Positions 32,702 through 36,132 of a stretch of DNA of 36,132 nucleotides are shown here, piece by piece. Every line of letters begins with the position of its first letter. Position 1 is the stretch's first letter. The stretch covers positions 1 to 36,132 of IMG/VR virus record IMGVR_UViG_3300031473_000004. One strand, written 5' to 3'. The notes under the pieces are model-generated. The model was not told the origin of the DNA, did no database searches, and saw only the letters and a program-made list of their open reading frames with translations. The DNA is from a virus (lineage: Duplodnaviria; Caudoviricetes). The translations under genes and the position numbers were made by a program.

Positions 32702-33363
32702 TCCGCATCGAGGAGGACGTCCGTCCCGGCATGCGGCTCGGCCGCCACCGGGACCACGATCCCCGGTCCCGTTCCTTCGCCGTGCAGGCCGCGTCGCTCG
32801 GCTCCCTGACGTCCGTGCGGCACCACCGGCTCGTGCCGGTGTACGACCAGGGATCAGTCGGCTCCTGCACGGGCAACGCCTGCGCGGGTGCGCTGAGCAC
32901 CGCGCCGTTCCGGCACCGCTACCACGAGCCGACCGCCGTCCGGCTCTACAGCGAGGCCACGCGGCTCGACGACGACCCGGCGTCCTGGCCGCCGTCCGAC
33001 ACCGGCAGCACCGGCCTGGCCGTGGCGAAGGCCGCTCGCGCACGTGGGCTGTGCTCGTCCTACGACCACGCGTTCAGCCTCGAAGCCGCCCTCACCGCGC
33101 TGCAGACCTCCGCGGTGCTGCTCGGCATCTCCTGGCGGACCGGCTGCGACACCCCCGACACCGACGGGCTGATCCGCTGGGCTGGGACGGTGCGGGGCGG
33201 GCACGAGGTCGTCCTGGACGAGATCAACGTCGAGGAGCGGCTGGCGTGGCTGACGAACTCGTGGGGCGCTGGCTTCGGGGTCAACGGCCGCGCCGCGCTG
33301 TCCTGGGACGACCTCGGGGCGGCACTGGCCGACTCCGGTGACCTCACGGTCCTGGTCCCGTGA
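32698..33363 (+). CDS. Papain-family (C1) cysteine peptidase
   Basis: DQGSVGSCTGNA (oxyanion Gln and catalytic Cys), GGHEV (His), LTNSWGAGFG (Asn). Confidence 0.88.
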   Translation: MIRIEEDVRPGMRLGRHRDHDPRSRSFAVQAASLGSLTSVRHHRLVPVYDQGSVGSCTGNACAGALSTAPFRHRYHEPTAVRLYSEATRLDDDPASWPPSDTGSTGLAVAKAARARGLCSSYDHAFSLEAALTALQTSAVLLGISWRTGCDTPDTDGLIRWAGTVRGGHEVVLDEINVEERLAWLTNSWGAGFGVNGRAALSWDDLGAALADSGDLTVLVP

Positions 33364-33755
33364 GCGAGCAGCGAGGCGTGAGCGAACTCCTGGCGCACAT
33401 GGTCGGGGACTACGTCATCCAGACCGACCACATGGCCGCGCGCAAGACGCAGGCGCACGGGCCAGCAGCGGCGCACGCGCTGACCTACGCGCTGCCGTTC
33501 GTTGCGCTGACAAGACGCTGGCAGCCACTGGTAGTGATCGCCGGCACGCACTTCGTGATTGACCGCTGGCGGCTCGCCAAACACGTCTGCTGGGCGAAGA
33601 ACCAGCTGGCGCCGACCGACTGGCGTCCTCCGCACACTGCCACCGGCTACAGCGCGGACAAGCCCGACTGGATGGCCGTCTGGCTGCTGATCCTCGCGGA
33701 CAACACGCTTCATGGCCTCCTGAACCACTGGGCACTCCGGAGGTGGGCATCGTGA
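33360..33755 (+). CDS. DUF3307-like membrane protein
   Basis: LLAHMVGDYVIQTDHMAARK, AHALTY, THFVIDRW, ADNTLH. Confidence 0.8.
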   Translation: MSEQRGVSELLAHMVGDYVIQTDHMAARKTQAHGPAAAHALTYALPFVALTRRWQPLVVIAGTHFVIDRWRLAKHVCWAKNQLAPTDWRPPHTATGYSADKPDWMAVWLLILADNTLHGLLNHWALRRWAS

Positions 33756-34066
33756 CCGAGGTCCGCACCCTGTCTGCCGCTGACCAGCCGTGCGTCATGT
33801 ACCTCGACCACGGCAGCAGCCGGCCCGTCCGCACCCAGGGCCACCACCGGCACCCCCAGTCGCTGCAGATCGAGCTGACCGGCGTCGTCGACCCGCACAG
33901 CGAGATCTCGTGGCTGTGCGGGACCTGCCACGACAGCGTCCACGCCTGGCTTGACCACCTGCTCGGCCGCGCCTACCGGCCACCGACGCCACCTGCCCGG
34001 CTCCTCCACGAGGCCGAGCTGACCTACGCCTGGTACACCGCCACCAAGGTGTCCGGCCTGCGATGA
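33752..34066 (+). CDS. HNH-like Zn-binding protein
   Basis: C...H...QGHHRHP...WLCGTCHDSVHAWL. Confidence 0.65.
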   Translation: MTEVRTLSAADQPCVMYLDHGSSRPVRTQGHHRHPQSLQIELTGVVDPHSEISWLCGTCHDSVHAWLDHLLGRAYRPPTPPARLLHEAELTYAWYTATKVSGLR

Positions 34067-34278
34067 CCGCGCTCGCCGCGCTGCAGTTCACCGAGGATCT
34101 CCCCGACGGCTGGACCCCGCTCGAAGCCGTCGTCGTCGTGACCGCCCTGGACACCGACGGGGACGTGCGGCTGCACCACGCGGCCACCGACGGCCTGTCC
34201 TCGTGCGAGGCCATCGGAATGCTCATCCACACGTCCGACGTGCTCAGGCAAGCTCTCACCGAACCGGAGGATCCATGA
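34063..34278 (+). CDS. Hypothetical protein
   Basis: LPDGWTPLEAVVVVTALDTDGD...GLSSCEAIGML; ATGA overlaps. Confidence 0.7.
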   Translation: MTALAALQFTEDLPDGWTPLEAVVVVTALDTDGDVRLHHAATDGLSSCEAIGMLIHTSDVLRQALTEPEDP

Positions 34279-34553
34279 CCACGCTCGCCCGCTACCGCAA
34301 GTCCCTACTCGCCATCGTCGGCGCTCTCGCCACCTGGGCGCTGAGCACCTTCCCCGACAACCTCGACGTGCAGCGGTACGGCGGGCTGGCCGTGGCCGTG
34401 GTCACGGCGCTGTCGGTCTACGTCGTCGCCAACCGCGCGTCCAGCGGCGACACCGCCCCGGGTGGTACGTCCGAGGGCGGCACCGCGTCTCCGGTCGGGA
34501 CCGGGGACAGCTACCCGGCGGACGGGCCGTCCGGGCTCATGGACGGCGCGTGA
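34275..34553 (+). CDS. Putative holin (2 TM)
   Basis: GGAGG RBS; LARYRKSLLAIVGALATWAL...LAVAVVTALSVYVVAN is an actinophage holin-like pattern. Confidence 0.7.
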   Translation: MTTLARYRKSLLAIVGALATWALSTFPDNLDVQRYGGLAVAVVTALSVYVVANRASSGDTAPGGTSEGGTASPVGTGDSYPADGPSGLMDGA

Positions 34554-34559
34554 TGCCGT

Positions 34560-35027
34560 TCAGCGCAGGACGATGAGGACCGCGCCAATGCCGTTCGTAA
34601 GGGCAACCGCGCCGAGCAGTAGGTAGACGAGCTGGTTGACGCTTGCCGTTCGGCGTCGCCCGCCGAGGGTCGAGGTGCTGTCGGTGCGTTGGTCGGCTGG
34701 GATGCCGACGGCAATCTCGACGCGCCGCATGCGCTCGCGTGCGGCGCGGTAGTAGTCGTGCTGCGTCCGCACGACCAGCACGGACACGCAAGCCGCCAGC
34801 GCACCCAAGAGGAAGATCAGCACGGCGCCGCGTCCTGACCGAGAGGCCACAGCCGTTGCCGCCGCCAGGATGCCAGTGTTGAACACGAGCATGTACTGAG
34901 TCCGGGACCAGTTGAACTGCGCCTGGAAGCGGTACTCCTCGACGGCGACCTTGTACACGTCCGCTGGGGGGACGCCGTCTCCGTTGTCAGGTGTCCCGCT
35001 GGGCAGCCTCGACACCGATCCCGCCAT
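34560..35027 (-). CDS. Three-TM membrane protein, candidate lysogen-expressed defence/moron gene
   Basis: YKVAVEEYRFQAQFNWSRTQYMLVFNTGIL followed by TM helices; counter-oriented at the prophage end. Confidence 0.7.
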   Translation of the reverse strand: MAGSVSRLPSGTPDNGDGVPPADVYKVAVEEYRFQAQFNWSRTQYMLVFNTGILAAATAVASRSGRGAVLIFLLGALAACVSVLVVRTQHDYYRAARERMRRVEIAVGIPADQRTDSTSTLGGRRRTASVNQLVYLLLGAVALTNGIGAVLIVLR

Positions 35028-35170
35028 GCAGGGACGCTATCGCCAGACTCGGTGCGGGGCGGTGACCGCCCCGCCGTTCAGCCGCACCGGCTGCTTGACC
35101 GGTGACTCGCACTACCGCCCGTCGTCGGCCCTTCGGGGCTGGCGGCGGGCGCTTCGTGCTGTCCGGGACG

Positions 35171-35290
35171 TGCGCCAGATCTGCGCCACGTCGCGAGCGA
35201 AGGACCGAAACGCATGCGACAACATGGGAGCCACGTGGCGCAAGACACCTCACCTGAGGGCGGCTCACACCCCCTCTGACCTGGGCGGAT
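35171..35290. other. Putative att arm region at the prophage right end
   Basis: TGCGCCA direct repeats at 35171 and 35182. TGCGCCACGT (35182-35191) inverted at 35233-35242. Adjacent to the host gene 3' end. Confidence 0.45.
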
Positions 35291-36132
35291 GCAGAATCGC
35301 GACGAGTTCCACGTGCTCGGTCATCGGGAACAGGTCCAGGCCGCGCAGCGAGGCCAGCGTCCAGCCCTCGTCCAGCAGCACCCGTAGGTCGCGGGCGAAC
35401 GACGCCGGGTCGCAGGCGAGGTAGGCGACGCGACGGGGGCGCAGGGTGGCCAGCGCCCGGGTCACCGCGAGGCCGGCGCCGGCGCGCGACGGGTCCAGCA
35501 CGACCAGGTCGGCGTGCAGGCCCCCCACCAGCGCCGCGTCGACAGCCGCGGTGCGCACCCGCACGTGCCGCAGGTCCGCGGTGTTGCGGGCGGCGTCGGC
35601 GCACGCCGCCGAGTCGCCCTCGACGGCCAGCACCTGACCGGTCGGCCCCACCCGCTCGCCGAGCAGGGCGGCGAACAGCCCCACCCCGGCGTACAGGTCG
35701 GCGACGCGCTCCCCGGGCCGCGGCGACAGCCCGTCCAGGACCGCCTCCGCCAGCACCGTCGCCGCGGCCGGGTGCACCTGCCAGAACCGCCCGGCCGACA
35801 CCTCGAAGGACCGGCCGAGCACGCGGTGCCGCACCCCGTGCGGGACCGCGACCGGCCGGCCGTCGACGACGACGCCCGCCGCGACGTCGGGCAGGTCCAC
35901 CCGACGGCGGCCGGCGGTCACCGCGACCACCCGCTGGGCGCCGGAGGCGATGACCTCGACCGCGCTCGCCCCTGGCCAGCGCAGCCGCTCGGCGCCGACG
36001 GCCTCGACCTCGGGGGCGGCGATGAGGCAGCGCTCGACCGGCTCCAGCCCGTGCGAGCGGTGCCGGTGCAGCCCCGTCCCGCCGTCGGCGCCCACCGCGA
36101 ACTGCACCCGGGTGCGCCAGCCCAGGCCGTCG
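35265..36132 (-). CDS. Host TrmA/RlmD-family SAM-dependent RNA (uracil-5-)methyltransferase, 5' end outside the window
   Basis: FWQVH, VADLYAGVGLF, VVLDPSRAG, YLACDPASFARD, DLFPMTEHVE. Confidence 0.93.
   Translation of the reverse strand, partial: DGLGWRTRVQFAVGADGGTGLHRHRSHGLEPVERCLIAAPEVEAVGAERLRWPGASAVEVIASGAQRVVAVTAGRRRVDLPDVAAGVVVDGRPVAVPHGVRHRVLGRSFEVSAGRFWQVHPAAATVLAEAVLDGLSPRPGERVADLYAGVGLFAALLGERVGPTGQVLAVEGDSAACADAARNTADLRHVRVRTAAVDAALVGGLHADLVVLDPSRAGAGLAVTRALATLRPRRVAYLACDPASFARDLRVLLDEGWTLASLRGLDLFPMTEHVELVAILHPPRSEGV

Larger units (their letters stand above)
190..35290. mobile_element. Temperate siphovirus-like prophage (left end and integrase not seen in the window)
   Basis: Ordered immunity, replication, packaging, head, tail and lysis modules, ending at a host housekeeping gene. 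Boundaries are approximate. Confidence 0.95.

Overview
High-GC actinobacterial DNA. About 35 kb (roughly 190-35290) is a nearly complete temperate siphovirus-type prophage. In order it carries: a leftward repressor with divergent Cro and excisionase-like genes; an early operon of tightly overlapped genes (two ParB-fold genes, beta-clamp-like, ERF recombinase, HNH, RusA, a replication initiator with internal iterons, a helicase and a putative late regulator); HNH/terS/terL; an HK97-type head; a non-contractile tail with a beta-helix tailspike; and an expanded lysis region. The right end abuts the 3' end of a host TrmA/RlmD-family RNA methyltransferase gene, which is the probable integration site. 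No integrase is visible in the window, and the first ~126 bp look like the end of an IS256-like element. The most unusual signal is a tRNA-shaped RNA at 10879-10990. It has canonical D and T arms, a 12-bp over-extended acceptor stem, no CCA, and a 46-nt branched domain in place of the anticodon arm. Other items are an H-type pseudoknot before the tail chaperone, DnaA boxes plus alternative hairpins upstream of the replication genes, scars of a tailspike swap including an O-antigen-ligase fragment, and a papain/DUF3307/HNH cassette between lysin and holin. All product calls come from motif recognition and synteny by eye; no database searches were run.
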